Of a stretch of 64,000 nt of DNA, positions 49,101 to 57,798 are shown piece after piece. Below the pieces are notes generated by a model. It was not told where the DNA came from and did not search any database. It saw only the letters and a list, made by a program, of their open reading frames with translations. This DNA comes from an uncultured virus (IMG/VR IMGVR_UViG_3300009164_003518). Taxonomy: Duplodnaviria; Heunggongvirae; Uroviricota; Caudoviricetes. The position numbers and the translations under genes are program-made. The stretch's first letter is position 1; the number at the start of each line of letters is the position of its first letter. The DNA lies in IMG/VR virus record IMGVR_UViG_3300009164_003518, positions 1-64,000 of that record; one strand, written 5' to 3'.

Positions 49101-49939
49101 AACTGTTTCGGTGACACACTGTTGATCAAATAGAAGTTTGATCCTACTGAAAATCCGTGATCTGTAGGAGTCGACACTGTCAATGTACTTGGATTAAGCG
49201 CATTGGTACTAATACCGTTTGTGCTTACATAGGTAACATCACTGCCTGCATAGAACTGTCCAGGTAAAATGGTCGTATATGGTGTTTTAACGTTGGCTGA
49301 GGTGGATTGTACTGCACGAGCCTTATAGGTAAAAGTCAATGTATCTAACACACTGTTGACCAGGTATTTGCCTTCTGCTGTCAACGTACTTAGTCCACCT
49401 ACGTCAATAGGGCTACCCTTGGCCAATCTGTGAGGATCAGATACTACCACAGTAATCAAGTTACTGTTGGCCAGTGTAGTGACTCGAGTAATACCAATCA
49501 GTGTACTGTCTGCACTTTTGCCAAAGAAACTGGGGATGTTATTTGAAAGTTCAACTGTTTCCCACTTGGCAGTTTGTAAGCCATATTCAAAGTCAGTGTC
49601 AATCAAGTTCTCTGGAGCACTGATACGATATTTATTTACAGGATCAACAAATGATTCTTCTGGTCTGGTAGTGCCGTGGTCTTCTTCATAGAACGCTTGA
49701 ATCTTATCCGTAGCACTCATCAAAGCACAATCATAGTCAAGAACGATTGTGGTCTTTCTTGTTTGTGTGTTTATCGAATGAGACAGGATACCATTTACCG
49801 TGTCGTTAAAGGTAAACATGGTAACACCCGCTGTTACATTGGTTATCAATAACAATCGCTCTTGGTCGACTATACCATCTAACACTATGGTGTCAGTGCT
49901 GGGTGTAAATACGTAATTATGTGCTAATTTTTTTGACAT
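43157..49939 (-). CDS. Multidomain tail/baseplate fibre protein with cupredoxin-like and phycobiliprotein-like domains
   Basis: PENLIDTDFEYGLQ..KWE, RQTRKYFRYQSGKG, YSWYGAG.IRFG, AYMRSGN.PARYE, C-terminal WSESQA; ubiquitin-like HGF..G repeats. Confidence 0.8.
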   Translation of the reverse strand: MSKKLAHNYVFTPSTDTIVLDGIVDQERLLLITNVTAGVTMFTFNDTVNGILSHSINTQTRKTTIVLDYDCALMSATDKIQAFYEEDHGTTRPEESFVDPVNKYRISAPENLIDTDFEYGLQTAKWETVELSNNIPSFFGKSADSTLIGITRVTTLANSNLITVVVSDPHRLAKGSPIDVGGLSTLTAEGKYLVNSVLDTLTFTYKARAVQSTSANVKTPYTTILPGQFYAGSDVTYVSTNGISTNALNPSTLTVSTPTDHGFSVGSNFYLINSVSPKQLTITVTGGTTAPDGFPYVDFTDTESATISPDLTLTETRAVQGAYYLKFNASAVSVASSTITWVNHQLRENDVLLYSKPAGVDGPITPLVNLEFYFVTNPTANTFQLKSSTSGIPIVFSNAGTYNGGRGEFMIAYEIYSSYSPFWDNTAYFTFASAAYGSGSGWDLQTQAFYKSAYSGSGGYVGLMGRAPDYFVPYFKGTNNGFVNAYNYLFYNYGVYYSTTYSGNMGTDPHTTYPKSHNFVEDWTRYSSNNNFKSPASNNVLIWNQTQILHYNNHYYYTFNSSWYFSRGEMFFVPLNDDPENDSFYAANHGFITGQSITLSTSGLPIYYYTHGAGDFSTSFTPSTLAGGTYTIERVSASRFRIRTGTTPVRISAANGSYTFAGSRNRLTRNTFYVSKHGLVDDNQLTVTADNGAVLPTTTSGAISFTGSNTNFETFYKIIGSGIAAWLSTQGSTAKLFMDGPNNSQPFLYGAASDITNFQGGWSFYSRVYDNQYGYWYPSYAPGHPWDTGQAEDFGRGTSVASSGHIIIMPTYVKDKQIDYYLVLHAHPLNRYAETYFYMNHSSSYSYSIDQVNINTTPPFYTTTTATLTDWRYTRIAQYWQQAGRDQIIYVQMKIRKESWDPYGYYSQTSSYSTYYAFLYNFSYNMITVSFLIRVPSSITVNATYLLNLDKKIMDTLATGWTLPSLVSGQNYKAKVVDENRFSLNSTAGVEIDITDTGTSGPQGQSAFTVTNNGSTNWVINHGTTVNPTLYLKKGYTYSFTVAATGHPFYIKTLKTSGTADAYATGVTNNGTQGGTVIFAVPTNAPDILYYVCANHAGAMAGTIDTNTDPAAIAMLDVTNQFGALDGVYTATAITSSNTFDFGLAFKAGKKSLSLVKLSQDTNNFFKFPGGHYLAAGTPIVYSNNGNADFTGFSNGSTYYVILADETYIKLASSIANYNNGTGIDITWSAQATSTHIFTSSTVNGMITSIGTVAVTNGSAVVKGSDDSLFLTYYKPGDIFYVKNNNSTPGSLLPFTISSVVSDTSLALTTPCTFTAATTTHLIPTKVYVRPDGATNHRPFDGGVEIQAGTAPNSQIVRQTRKYFRYQSGKGIQISLAINFNPPIPVETMAAITDVKCERDIGYIVDGAQYDIATGSTYFGVFNGIAETNSKFLSPVVTARILRAKAEILALTQVAADATAISRINAYFTEITTCLTNGRTAASNPTFANPSTATTSQIAAKDKLLANLTFIEDEINAYVAVTYPSADHNVAKCTRDIKYAVRALCFDILYGGNFANYTQAKFFDYALGNGDGSTTGIAASHKVATVAAYNRLKVIVGQIVQGASVTRSAGNVTAQVTTGNNASSGDATIVQNLVQLTTDVVNLGVTAGLASYTRTAPTYAWATAGIQAAATAIGAAKTALSVTKAALITTKYPHGIPAGSRITVSGSSAGEYNGSQTVCQVFDAFSFQYSLANIPTTISPGGTIQFTIDGWQNAETRCGMFDFQNGFYFAFDGQVLYAVRRNSTNQLSGTVTCSKDSNIVLGTNTNFVGQVAAGDRVVLRGQTYKVIAITGKDNMIIQPKYKGASASGVIVTKTFDLKIPQSQWNIDICDGNGPSNFLLDKTKIQMAYMDYSWYGAGKIRFGFKDTYGHVIYVHEFIHNNKETEAYMRSGNIPARYEVENTGVATYQPKLFHWGTSVIMDGRFDDDKAYLFTAASDTLTFTNGQTATATTNQASSLIYVYNQTKRNYDWFVQLSFATSDAAKFSTGTPLYTADNQLKGQTVNQAQYSGSNYLVRIYYATQNSFPTGYPVVGSGVVVNIGTPAAGDTAGLLFSDIPLISIRLSPSVDNGVTGNIGERDIINRMQLQLQQAGMVLTHDCEINLILNPSLSNINWQKVTSPSLSNLVNHTVGDTVVGGTKIFSFRAQGGGQSGGVGTKRLNNVTNVDLSQITDMGNCILGGDGVFPNGPDVLTLAIKVINTSEVNATVPFNCSARITWSESQA

Positions 49940-49945
49940 TGTTGT

Positions 49946-50311
49946 TTAACCTCCGAGGGCGATAGCAAGGGCAGTGGCTGCCGTTGAACCTCTATCGTAC
50001 TCGATTAAAGACTCGCTGTTGATTGTGATAAAAATTTGTTTGTTGCCTGCGCCAAAGTTAGTCAATTGATTACTGTTGGAACTTGCAACGACCTTGAGCC
50101 TCACTATAGAATTGGTAGCGGTGACATAGTAGCCGACACCAGTTTCCCATTCGGTAGTTCCTGGATTGGTTATAGCATAGTCGAATTGACTGCCATTGAC
50201 GCATACTGCTGAAAATGGAAGGAATCCACTACCGGATCCGACTAATGCCACTGTTCCCGTGCCTGTGGTTAAGAAAACTTCCTTAACCCTATCTGAGCGA
50301 AGTTTTGCCAT
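49946..50311 (-). CDS. Tail fibre module protein
   Basis: DRVKE..TTGTGT..WETGVG..SSN..NFGAG.K. Confidence 0.65.
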   Translation of the reverse strand: MAKLRSDRVKEVFLTTGTGTVALVGSGSGFLPFSAVCVNGSQFDYAITNPGTTEWETGVGYYVTATNSIVRLKVVASSNSNQLTNFGAGNKQIFITINSESLIEYDRGSTAATALAIALGG

Positions 50312-50327
50312 TTCATTGACTCCTTAA

Positions 50328-50732
50328 TTAAGGATTGTTCAATGTAATTGTCAAAGTGATTCTTATCTCGTCACCGTTGTTAGCAATGTTAATTGGAGCA
50401 TTACTGAATCTATTGGCAAACATCAACGCACCTGTGGTCTTCTGTGTTACGTAGTAACCATAAATGTTACCAGCGGCACCACTGAAACCAAATGTCTGTT
50501 GTGGGTAAGCGGCAGTTGATGGGTCACCATCTGTGAATACGAAGGTTGCTGGTAACAGTTCAATTGAAGCGTAACCATTACCTGATACTTCAGTATAGTC
50601 GCCTGCGATGTCTGTCTTAGCAGGTGTTTGGTCATCGCTATAAAGACGCAACACCAAATTCTCACCTGCGGTCTTGTTTAAAAATGCTTTTAGTGCAACT
50701 GTTTCAGCTGCGTTTGTGAATACTACGGCCAT
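50328..50732 (-). CDS. Tail module protein
   Basis: LVLRLY..TEVSGNGYA..IYGYYV..RF..AP..NGD.I. Confidence 0.65.
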   Translation of the reverse strand: MAVVFTNAAETVALKAFLNKTAGENLVLRLYSDDQTPAKTDIAGDYTEVSGNGYASIELLPATFVFTDGDPSTAAYPQQTFGFSGAAGNIYGYYVTQKTTGALMFANRFSNAPINIANNGDEIRITLTITLNNP

Positions 50733-50772
50733 GTTTTTGTTCCTTTAATGAAAGAGAATTCTCTATTCTTAT

Positions 50773-51654
50773 TTATACAAAAGAGTAGGTAAATTCCACT
50801 GACAGTCCCGAACCTCTGTTCTGGGCTCCAACTGTATTTATGTCCACAGTCAAGTAGTCGTCCGAAACCATAGAAATATCCACAACTTCAACTTTCTTAA
50901 CTGTGTTTTGGGCTATTAAAATAGTTTTAACAGCCACTCCTGTTTTTCTAATAACCACTGTAACTGTGTCATCAGCAACACTTGCGAGCCTTGTTATAAT
51001 TTTATTAACTTTGATATTTGCGGGATTATGCCATCGTATTTGGCCTGTGGTTAGGGATAATTCCCCATCTTGATAGAGTATTACTGATTTATCTTCTGCT
51101 GTTATTTTGATAGATTTTGGATCAGAACTTATATCTGTTGTGATCTTAATTCCCGAACCTGCTACAAATCGAATAGTATCCAGTCCGTTGGCAACAAGGT
51201 CTTGCTGGCCATCTACTTTCCAGTATTTGAAAGTAGAATTCATTCCCACTTTAACTGCGCCGTCACCCAGGTCAGTGATGTCAAAGCCGGCTTCGGTGTC
51301 AAACCTAATGGCTGTGATGTTATTAATAGTTCCGCTTACAATGTTGGCGCCGTCAATTACACTGACAGATAGTGGGTTTGCCACCACACCCGAAAGGTCT
51401 GCACTGATAACTCCGTTGACAATCTTAATGGTAGAGCCATCAATCTTAACACCACCCTTAGTGGTTGTACTGGCAGTGGGCAGTATGTAACCGCCTGTGC
51501 CACCAGAACCTAAATGGATACCTCCAGGAGTTACACCATCACTTAGTCTAAAGTCTCCAGTTTCTATATCAAAGAATAAATTGCCTGATTGTCCGACAAA
51601 TTCTTCAATGTCAATCTTGGTTAAACCCGCTTGTATTTTACGTAAAAATGCCAT
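50773..51654 (-). CDS. Fibre-associated structural protein
   Basis: FVGQSGNLFFD..RLSDGVTPGG, LPTASTTTKGGVKI, DYLTVDI..G..GSGL.V. Confidence 0.65.
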   Translation of the reverse strand: MAFLRKIQAGLTKIDIEEFVGQSGNLFFDIETGDFRLSDGVTPGGIHLGSGGTGGYILPTASTTTKGGVKIDGSTIKIVNGVISADLSGVVANPLSVSVIDGANIVSGTINNITAIRFDTEAGFDITDLGDGAVKVGMNSTFKYWKVDGQQDLVANGLDTIRFVAGSGIKITTDISSDPKSIKITAEDKSVILYQDGELSLTTGQIRWHNPANIKVNKIITRLASVADDTVTVVIRKTGVAVKTILIAQNTVKKVEVVDISMVSDDYLTVDINTVGAQNRGSGLSVEFTYSFV

Positions 51655-51673
51655 TATCGCTCCTGGCTTTTAA

Positions 51674-51931
51674 TTATCTAAACATAGGGTTTTGTTTTTC
51701 TTCAGGTTCAGTTTCGTCTTGTGTTAAATTGTTAATAACAGGACTTACTTTGCCTGCTTCTGCTTTTTTAAGCTCTACATCTTGTTGTAGCGGAGGAACC
51801 ATTACAGGATCAGGGTCTAACTCTGACGGATCTTTTGGATCATCTGCGCCTGGCATGTCGATTTCTGGATCGCCATCTCCATTGATTTTAATTGTAATTG
51901 GTACGTTGATTGTAAATTCACGGGCTCGCAT
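51674..51931 (-). CDS. Small acidic probable capsid-internal protein
   Basis: MRAREF..MVPPLQQDVELKK..G. Confidence 0.6.
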   Translation of the reverse strand: MRAREFTINVPITIKINGDGDPEIDMPGADDPKDPSELDPDPVMVPPLQQDVELKKAEAGKVSPVINNLTQDETEPEEKQNPMFR

Positions 51932-51972
51932 ATATTTTATCCTCTACCAATATTTATCTTAAATAACAGACT

Positions 51973-53172
51973 ATGATAGATAAACAACCATTCGAAGCAT
52001 TACTAAAAAACCTTAAAGATTCTGGCAAGTATCGTGTGTTTAACGATATTATGCGTGAAAACGGCAAGTTCCCCCAGGCCATATGGTATGGGCCATACGC
52101 TATAAAGAACATTGTAAACTGGTGCTCAAACGATTACTTGGGCATGGGTCAGCATAAGGTTGTTATAGATGCTATGCGTACAGCATTGGACATGACAGGT
52201 GCTGGCTCAGGCGGTACTCGCAACATTGCAGGTACCAGTCACTATCACGTTGCGTTAGAACACGAGCTTGCAACACTGCATAAGAAAGAACGGGCATTGT
52301 TATTCTCAAGTGCTTATGTGGCCAACGAGTGGACACTGATAGCACTGGCTAAGATCATTCCCAATATAGAATATATCAGCGACAGTAATAATCACAACTC
52401 AATCATTGTGGGCATACAGCACAGTCGTGCAAAGAAAAGTATATTCAAACATAACGATATGCAGATGTTAGAGGAACTGTTGGAAGTCAGTGTGGCTGCA
52501 GGTAATAAACCCTGCATTGTATTTGAGTCAGTATACTCAATGGATGGCGATGTGGGCATGATCAAAGAGATATGTGACCTTGCTGATAAGTATGGTGCTA
52601 TGACCTACATTGATGAAGTACATGCTGTGGGCCTGTATGGGGCAACAGGTGCAGGCAAAGTTGAGGAGTACGGGCTACAGGATCGTGTTGACATAGTTAA
52701 CGGTACACTTGGTAAAGCATTTGGAGTACAGGGCGGATACATTGCCTGTGACAGTATCGTAGCTGATGCTATCCGTAGTATTGCCGCTGGCTTTATCTTT
52801 ACAACATCTATGAGTCCTGTAACCTGTGCTGGCGCACTGGCTGCTGTTAAGTACTTAAAAAGTCATGGTGAGCTACGTGAGCAACATCAAGACCGTGCCC
52901 GCAAGTTAAAATATAGATTGATCAAAGCTGGCATACCCGTTATGGCGTGTAGTACTACACACATTGTACCTGTGCTGGTTGGGGATGCTAAACGTGCCAA
53001 AGCAATGAGCGATGCATTGATTAACGATCACAACATCTATGTGCAGGCCATCAACTATCCCACAGTGGATGTGGGAACGGAGAGGTTGCGATTTGCTCCC
53101 ACTCCGTTTCACGATGATGGTATGATCGAAGACTTGGTTCAAGCCCTCGTCAAAGTGTTTAACACATACTGA
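51973..53172 (+). CDS. hemA: 5-aminolevulinate synthase (Shemin/C4 pathway, PLP-dependent)
   Basis: [79 protein letters not shown]. Confidence 0.93.
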   Translation: MIDKQPFEALLKNLKDSGKYRVFNDIMRENGKFPQAIWYGPYAIKNIVNWCSNDYLGMGQHKVVIDAMRTALDMTGAGSGGTRNIAGTSHYHVALEHELATLHKKERALLFSSAYVANEWTLIALAKIIPNIEYISDSNNHNSIIVGIQHSRAKKSIFKHNDMQMLEELLEVSVAAGNKPCIVFESVYSMDGDVGMIKEICDLADKYGAMTYIDEVHAVGLYGATGAGKVEEYGLQDRVDIVNGTLGKAFGVQGGYIACDSIVADAIRSIAAGFIFTTSMSPVTCAGALAAVKYLKSHGELREQHQDRARKLKYRLIKAGIPVMACSTTHIVPVLVGDAKRAKAMSDALINDHNIYVQAINYPTVDVGTERLRFAPTPFHDDGMIEDLVQALVKVFNTY

Positions 53173-53392
53173 GAACTTGTGTAACACCAAATACTAATGC
53201 AGCTCGTAACTGCAAGTCAGCGCCAGCAGATTCTAACTTCTCAGTGTTGATCAAGTCTTCAAGCAGGGCACGAGCTTCGTCTTGTGAAACTTGTCCGTTC
53301 TGTAGAGCTTCTGCTATTTGTAGAGCATATTGAGCACGTTCAGCTGCCCAAGGTTGCCCACTGTTAATCACTTCATGCAGTACTGAGCTCAT
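53159..53392 (-). CDS. Hypothetical protein
   Basis: Start MSSVLHE; ATGA overlap. Confidence 0.6.
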   Translation of the reverse strand: MSSVLHEVINSGQPWAAERAQYALQIAEALQNGQVSQDEARALLEDLINTEKLESAGADLQLRAALVFGVTQVLSMC

Positions 53393-54276
53393 AGTCCGCT
53401 CGCGCCCATTGTTGCCCACTCACGTGCGCCATTTGGTAATGTCTGCTCACAAGCCAACTGTGCTACCATTGTTGTAACAATACCTGCTACAACCGCTGCA
53501 CAACTTTGTGGGACGATCATAGCACCAGCCGCTACATCAAACGATTTTGCCAACGAGAATGCAATGGCAAACGTTAGAATTTGTTTATTAGATTCACCGA
53601 TTGCTTTACGCACATCTGGAGCCATCCAAATCAATTCAACAAATGCTGCTGCTGTTAAATCACAGGCTGCACCTAATGCTACTGCACCTACAGTTTCTTT
53701 AGCTGCCAAATACATAATAGCAGTAGAACTTAGTGGTGCTGTTGCTGCCACTGTAGTTGCTTGACTGCTTGGCTCTGGACGATATAACAACGCGGCAAAT
53801 ACTGTACCTAATGCAATGCTAACACCGATCTGGCAGTAGTTGGCTTGCACCCACTCAGCCATCAACTCACCACCACGTGCGACACCATATACACCTGCAC
53901 GAGCACCTTGCTCCATGGCTCTAATAGCCAACTTGCTACCTGCATCAATATCACCAAGAGCGGCATCAGCTACTTTAGCAGACCACATACCATGACGGGT
54001 GTAACCAATTTTTGCTTGTCCGGCGGCACTAACTCCGATACCGTGAACTGAGTTGATCGAGTTTCTCGCAAACTGTTCAGCTTGACCAGTAAGATTACCA
54101 GCCCCATCAGTGATCTGTTGACCTGCAACATTAATTGCTTTAGGTGTTTCTCTGATTACAGTATTGATTACATTAGTAGTAGGTGCTACTACTGCGTTGT
54201 TAACTGTGTTTACTGCGCTGTTAAATGTATTTGTCACAGCCGTGTAGCTACTTTTCTTAAACGGATTCCATCCCAT
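53389..54276 (-). CDS. Ala-rich protein with hydrophobic C-terminal helices
   Basis: MGWNPFKK N-terminus; several hydrophobic segments. Confidence 0.6.
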   Translation of the reverse strand: MGWNPFKKSSYTAVTNTFNSAVNTVNNAVVAPTTNVINTVIRETPKAINVAGQQITDGAGNLTGQAEQFARNSINSVHGIGVSAAGQAKIGYTRHGMWSAKVADAALGDIDAGSKLAIRAMEQGARAGVYGVARGGELMAEWVQANYCQIGVSIALGTVFAALLYRPEPSSQATTVAATAPLSSTAIMYLAAKETVGAVALGAACDLTAAAFVELIWMAPDVRKAIGESNKQILTFAIAFSLAKSFDVAAGAMIVPQSCAAVVAGIVTTMVAQLACEQTLPNGAREWATMGASGL

Positions 54277-54294
54277 AATTTAACTCCTTAATAA

Positions 54295-55014
54295 TTATTT
54301 GGATTTTTCTAACTTAGCAATGTAGTTGGCCATCATGTGATCAAACACACCAATATACTTTTGCCCTTTTGATCTGGCTCTCAATCTACTGCGAACCATA
54401 TCTTTCACACGCTGCCACGGAGTTAGGTCTCTAAACTCTCCATGGAAGTTCATGTACTTGTGTGTGCCATGATGATCAAATCCCATTAGTCTAAATGGAA
54501 CTTTGGTTACATCATCACAGTTGTTTTGTACTCTGTAATGCTCTATTGTTAAGCTCTTAACAAACTCTGCATTGCCAACTCTTGGCGAACCAAATGTTAC
54601 CAATGCTGTTACACGATCCTGCATACGACTGGCAGCGATTGTGGCCATGGCAGCACCAAGACTGTGTCCAGTTACATATACATTACCTGGATTGTCTGCA
54701 AGTGCGGCAGTGATGCTGGGCCATAGTTTGTTTATTTCGCCTTTGAATCCTACGTGTACTTTGCCGCCACAGGCTTCAATGTTCTTACCTGACTTTAGGT
54801 CTGCCAACACATCTGACTTCTCAGTTACTTCAGTACCTCTAAATGACAGCACTGTAATAGTACCATTGGTTAACAAGTATGCCTGTGCTCCGTCTATGTC
54901 AAAGAACTCTACAATGGTATAGCCTAAGGCTTTAAACTTACTTTTAGAATCTTTGGGATTGTCATAGGTAGTTTGCGCTATGTTAGCAAACTCTAATAGT
55001 AGTTCTGTTTTCAT
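54295..55014 (-). CDS. Lipase class 3
   Basis: SFRGTE, VHVGF, VTGHSLGAAMA, TFGSPRVG, DDVTKVP, DH.M..Y. Confidence 0.93.
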   Translation of the reverse strand: MKTELLLEFANIAQTTYDNPKDSKSKFKALGYTIVEFFDIDGAQAYLLTNGTITVLSFRGTEVTEKSDVLADLKSGKNIEACGGKVHVGFKGEINKLWPSITAALADNPGNVYVTGHSLGAAMATIAASRMQDRVTALVTFGSPRVGNAEFVKSLTIEHYRVQNNCDDVTKVPFRLMGFDHHGTHKYMNFHGEFRDLTPWQRVKDMVRSRLRARSKGQKYIGVFDHMMANYIAKLEKSK

Positions 55015-55397
55015 TAGAATCTTCCTTGTGTTGTTTTAGCCAGCACGTCAGCTTGCTGTTTAATAATCTTGATCTTTATATCGCAATACATAGGACTAAC
55101 TGGTCCTGTCTTTAGGCGATCCTGATACTCGTTAACAGTGTTTGTTATTGTACCAGTTAGCTTGGCAATATCCTTAGTGGGTTTAGTCTTAGCATAGGTA
55201 TCAAACCACTCTACATTCAATGCTAATGATTTAAGCTGTTGGGCTTGATCACCTCGACAATCAAAGTGATTAGTCTGTACCTGGATGTCTGTTATGACTT
55301 TGGCTTGATTGGCATCCCACTTGCTGGGAATCATATCAACTATGCTGGCACAACCAGTTAGTCCTACTACTGCTAACATAACTATGAGTCTTTTCAT
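55014..55397 (-). CDS. Lipoprotein
   Basis: Lipobox LTGC. Confidence 0.75.
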   Translation of the reverse strand: MKRLIVMLAVVGLTGCASIVDMIPSKWDANQAKVITDIQVQTNHFDCRGDQAQQLKSLALNVEWFDTYAKTKPTKDIAKLTGTITNTVNEYQDRLKTGPVSPMYCDIKIKIIKQQADVLAKTTQGRF

Positions 55398-55407
55398 ATT
55401 CTAATCC

Positions 55408-56220
55408 TTAGTCTGCTTTACCGCACTTAGCACGTTTTGCATTTGTCAATGCGCCATAGTCCATAGGCCACTCTTGTCCTGGGGTAATCTCTTTTGCGTT
55501 AGCAGGGAATTTATATGCTACACCTGCTTGTTTCATAATCTCTGCTACCGGCTTACGGAATACTGTTAGATCGTTACCTAAATTAACATATGGTTTAGTA
55601 TGGGGGAATACCCAACCTGCAATCTGTTTTGTATCGTTATTAATTACTATCTTGTAGTAACCGTGTGGAACAATAACGCCAGCACCGATAGTAGGATCGC
55701 CAGCACCATAGAATGCGCCAACATAGATGGTAAATGACTGTTTCTGTTGTACTGCCCAACCTCGGATGTTAGTTTCAAGTAGTTTCCATATGCCACGATT
55801 TAAACTGCCATGCTGTGGATACATATTAGTCATTAGGAATGATTCGTATTCAACAATCTCACTCCAAGATAAGTCGCCATCCGGAGCGGCATGTCCTTTG
55901 TCATAGCCTGTGCCAGCGTAGTCATCTGGGCGGGCACCGTTTGGTATGCTCTTGTCTGCTACAAAAGCATTAGTACGTGGCCAGCAGCCTAATGCATTTT
56001 GTGGCAGTAGCGTGTAGGCAACATAAACAGGAATCTTTACAGGAGCATCATAAGCAACCAAATACGCTTCACGGCAGATTGGTTGTGATGGACGCAGGGT
56101 GGCTGCAAAGCCATATGGGCTATGAACAGCGCAGGCTTGTGGTGGTAGTGGAGCACGTTGCTCCCAGGCTTGTGCTAATCCTGCTGTGATCAGCAAGACT
56201 AAGGCTAATAATCGTTTCAT
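55408..56220 (-). CDS. Secreted DNA/RNA non-specific endonuclease (NucA family)
   Basis: Signal peptide (AQA), GYDKGHAAP, SFLMTNMYPQ..LNRGIWKLLE, VPHGYYK. Confidence 0.93.
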   Translation of the reverse strand: MKRLLALVLLITAGLAQAWEQRAPLPPQACAVHSPYGFAATLRPSQPICREAYLVAYDAPVKIPVYVAYTLLPQNALGCWPRTNAFVADKSIPNGARPDDYAGTGYDKGHAAPDGDLSWSEIVEYESFLMTNMYPQHGSLNRGIWKLLETNIRGWAVQQKQSFTIYVGAFYGAGDPTIGAGVIVPHGYYKIVINNDTKQIAGWVFPHTKPYVNLGNDLTVFRKPVAEIMKQAGVAYKFPANAKEITPGQEWPMDYGALTNAKRAKCGKAD

Positions 56221-56250
56221 GTAGTACCTCGTTAAGTACTACTATTTACC

Positions 56251-56667
56251 TTAGAAGCTGTTGTTGAACCATCCAACCTTTTTACCGTCGGCTATTCGTT
56301 TGTCATAAGCTTCTACACTACCCGGAAAACGCCAAGCCCATACTGCTACAATGCACATGAATATGCCCGTGTACACTACGCCCTTAACAGGCACAGTAAA
56401 GCTCATAATAACCAAACTGGTACTCATCATGGCCAGCATAAAGTATTTCATCTTCTGTGGGAACACACGTTTTTCACCCCAGTTGGTTAGGAACGGTCCA
56501 AAGATCTTATGGTTGTATAACCAACGATGCATACGTTCATTGCCCTTGCTAAAGCAATAGGCAGCAAACACTACAAAACAACTATAAGGGATGCCCGGAG
56601 TTATTAATCCGATATAAGCCATACCCAAACTTAAAAATCCCAATACATTCCAAAATAACTTTTTCAT
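56251..56667 (-). CDS. ybaN: Inner membrane protein YbaN (DUF454)
   Basis: LG..IG..PG.P..F..AAYCFSK..RMHRWL..HKIFGPFL..W..K. Confidence 0.85.
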   Translation of the reverse strand: MKKLFWNVLGFLSLGMAYIGLITPGIPYSCFVVFAAYCFSKGNERMHRWLYNHKIFGPFLTNWGEKRVFPQKMKYFMLAMMSTSLVIMSFTVPVKGVVYTGIFMCIVAVWAWRFPGSVEAYDKRIADGKKVGWFNNSF

Positions 56668-57176
56668 GTAAGGTACTCCAGCCACTCTTGATAACGAACT
56701 TGGTAAGGCAATCGTTTACGTTTGTTAACCAGTTCATAGAACTCTGGCTTATAAGGTTTGTACTTAGGTTTATATTTGGTACTTGCACCTTTGTTTGCAT
56801 TGCATGTGCCGCAGGCTGTAACACAGTTTTCAAAGCTGGTCTTGCCGCCTTTGCTCACAGGCATAACGTGGTCAAGAGTACATTCTTTTTTCTGCAACAC
56901 CTTTTCGCAGTACAAGCAAGTGTACAAGTCTCGAAGGTATACATTGCTTCTTGAGAATCGAACGTTGCTTTTAGTCTTCATATATTCTTTTAATATGATA
57001 ACACTGGGAACCTTAGTTTCCCATACTGCACTATGTACAATCCATTCTTCGTGCCATGTAAGTACGTGGCACTTTTCAAGTACCATATACTTTATAGCTT
57101 CTTGCCAATCAATAGTAGAAACTGGCAGAAAGCTAACTGGTGCTCCGTCGGCATTGAGTACGAGCGTGTCTGACAT
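56664..57176 (-). CDS. HNH endonuclease (McrA-like)
   Basis: LVLNAD..P, RDLYTCLYC, TLDHVMPVSKGG..NCVTAC..CN..KG. Confidence 0.92.
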   Translation of the reverse strand: MSDTLVLNADGAPVSFLPVSTIDWQEAIKYMVLEKCHVLTWHEEWIVHSAVWETKVPSVIILKEYMKTKSNVRFSRSNVYLRDLYTCLYCEKVLQKKECTLDHVMPVSKGGKTSFENCVTACGTCNANKGASTKYKPKYKPYKPEFYELVNKRKRLPYQVRYQEWLEYLT

Positions 57177-57249
57177 GTTAGATTTCCGTGTTAGGTTGAA
57201 TACTATATTATATAGTAAAATTGCTACTTGAACAAGCAGTTTTGGTGTG

Positions 57250-57798
57250 TTAAGCTAATATAGATCGAGCAAACTCGTTGCCAGAATGATCGATAGCTTT
57301 AGTCCATTGGCTTTGATTATCGAGATCAAACACTAAATCTTGATCTGCTGTGGCCACTAACCAACTATGGTTATGTTTAAACGGTGGGTTACCTTGTATC
57401 TCATTCTCGAGTTGACCGGGAGTCCACCCACACAATCCTACAAACAATCTCCATCGAGCAGGACAGTTGCCCATGGCTAAGTTTGTTAGTATATCTGCAC
57501 TTGAACTAATAGAAAACGTATCATTAATTCTCATAGTGTTACTACACTTCCATTCGGCGCTGTGCAACATAGTAAATGCTTTAACATTTACAGGGCCACC
57601 AATATGTACAAATCCCGCAACATCTAAACTTACATTATGTTGTAGTGCAAACTCTTTAATAGTCATTTGACTGCGTTTATTCAACACAAGACCCACAGCG
57701 CCTTTGGTATGCTGCTCTGTTAGAAAAATTGTAGATTTTTCCCAGAAGTTACCTCTTACACTTGGAGGCGCAATGATTAAGTTACCTGTAAAATTCAT
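57250..57798 (-). CDS. YqgE/AlgH family protein (DUF179)
   Basis: GAVGLVLNK, GGPV, LHS, G..GW..GQLENEI..W. Confidence 0.9.
   Translation of the reverse strand: MNFTGNLIIAPPSVRGNFWEKSTIFLTEQHTKGAVGLVLNKRSQMTIKEFALQHNVSLDVAGFVHIGGPVNVKAFTMLHSAEWKCSNTMRINDTFSISSSADILTNLAMGNCPARWRLFVGLCGWTPGQLENEIQGNPPFKHNHSWLVATADQDLVFDLDNQSQWTKAIDHSGNEFARSILA

Noticed and set aside
56664..57176. HNH gene as an intron-borne mobile element
   Set aside because: It is free-standing between intact genes and has its own promoter-like sequence.
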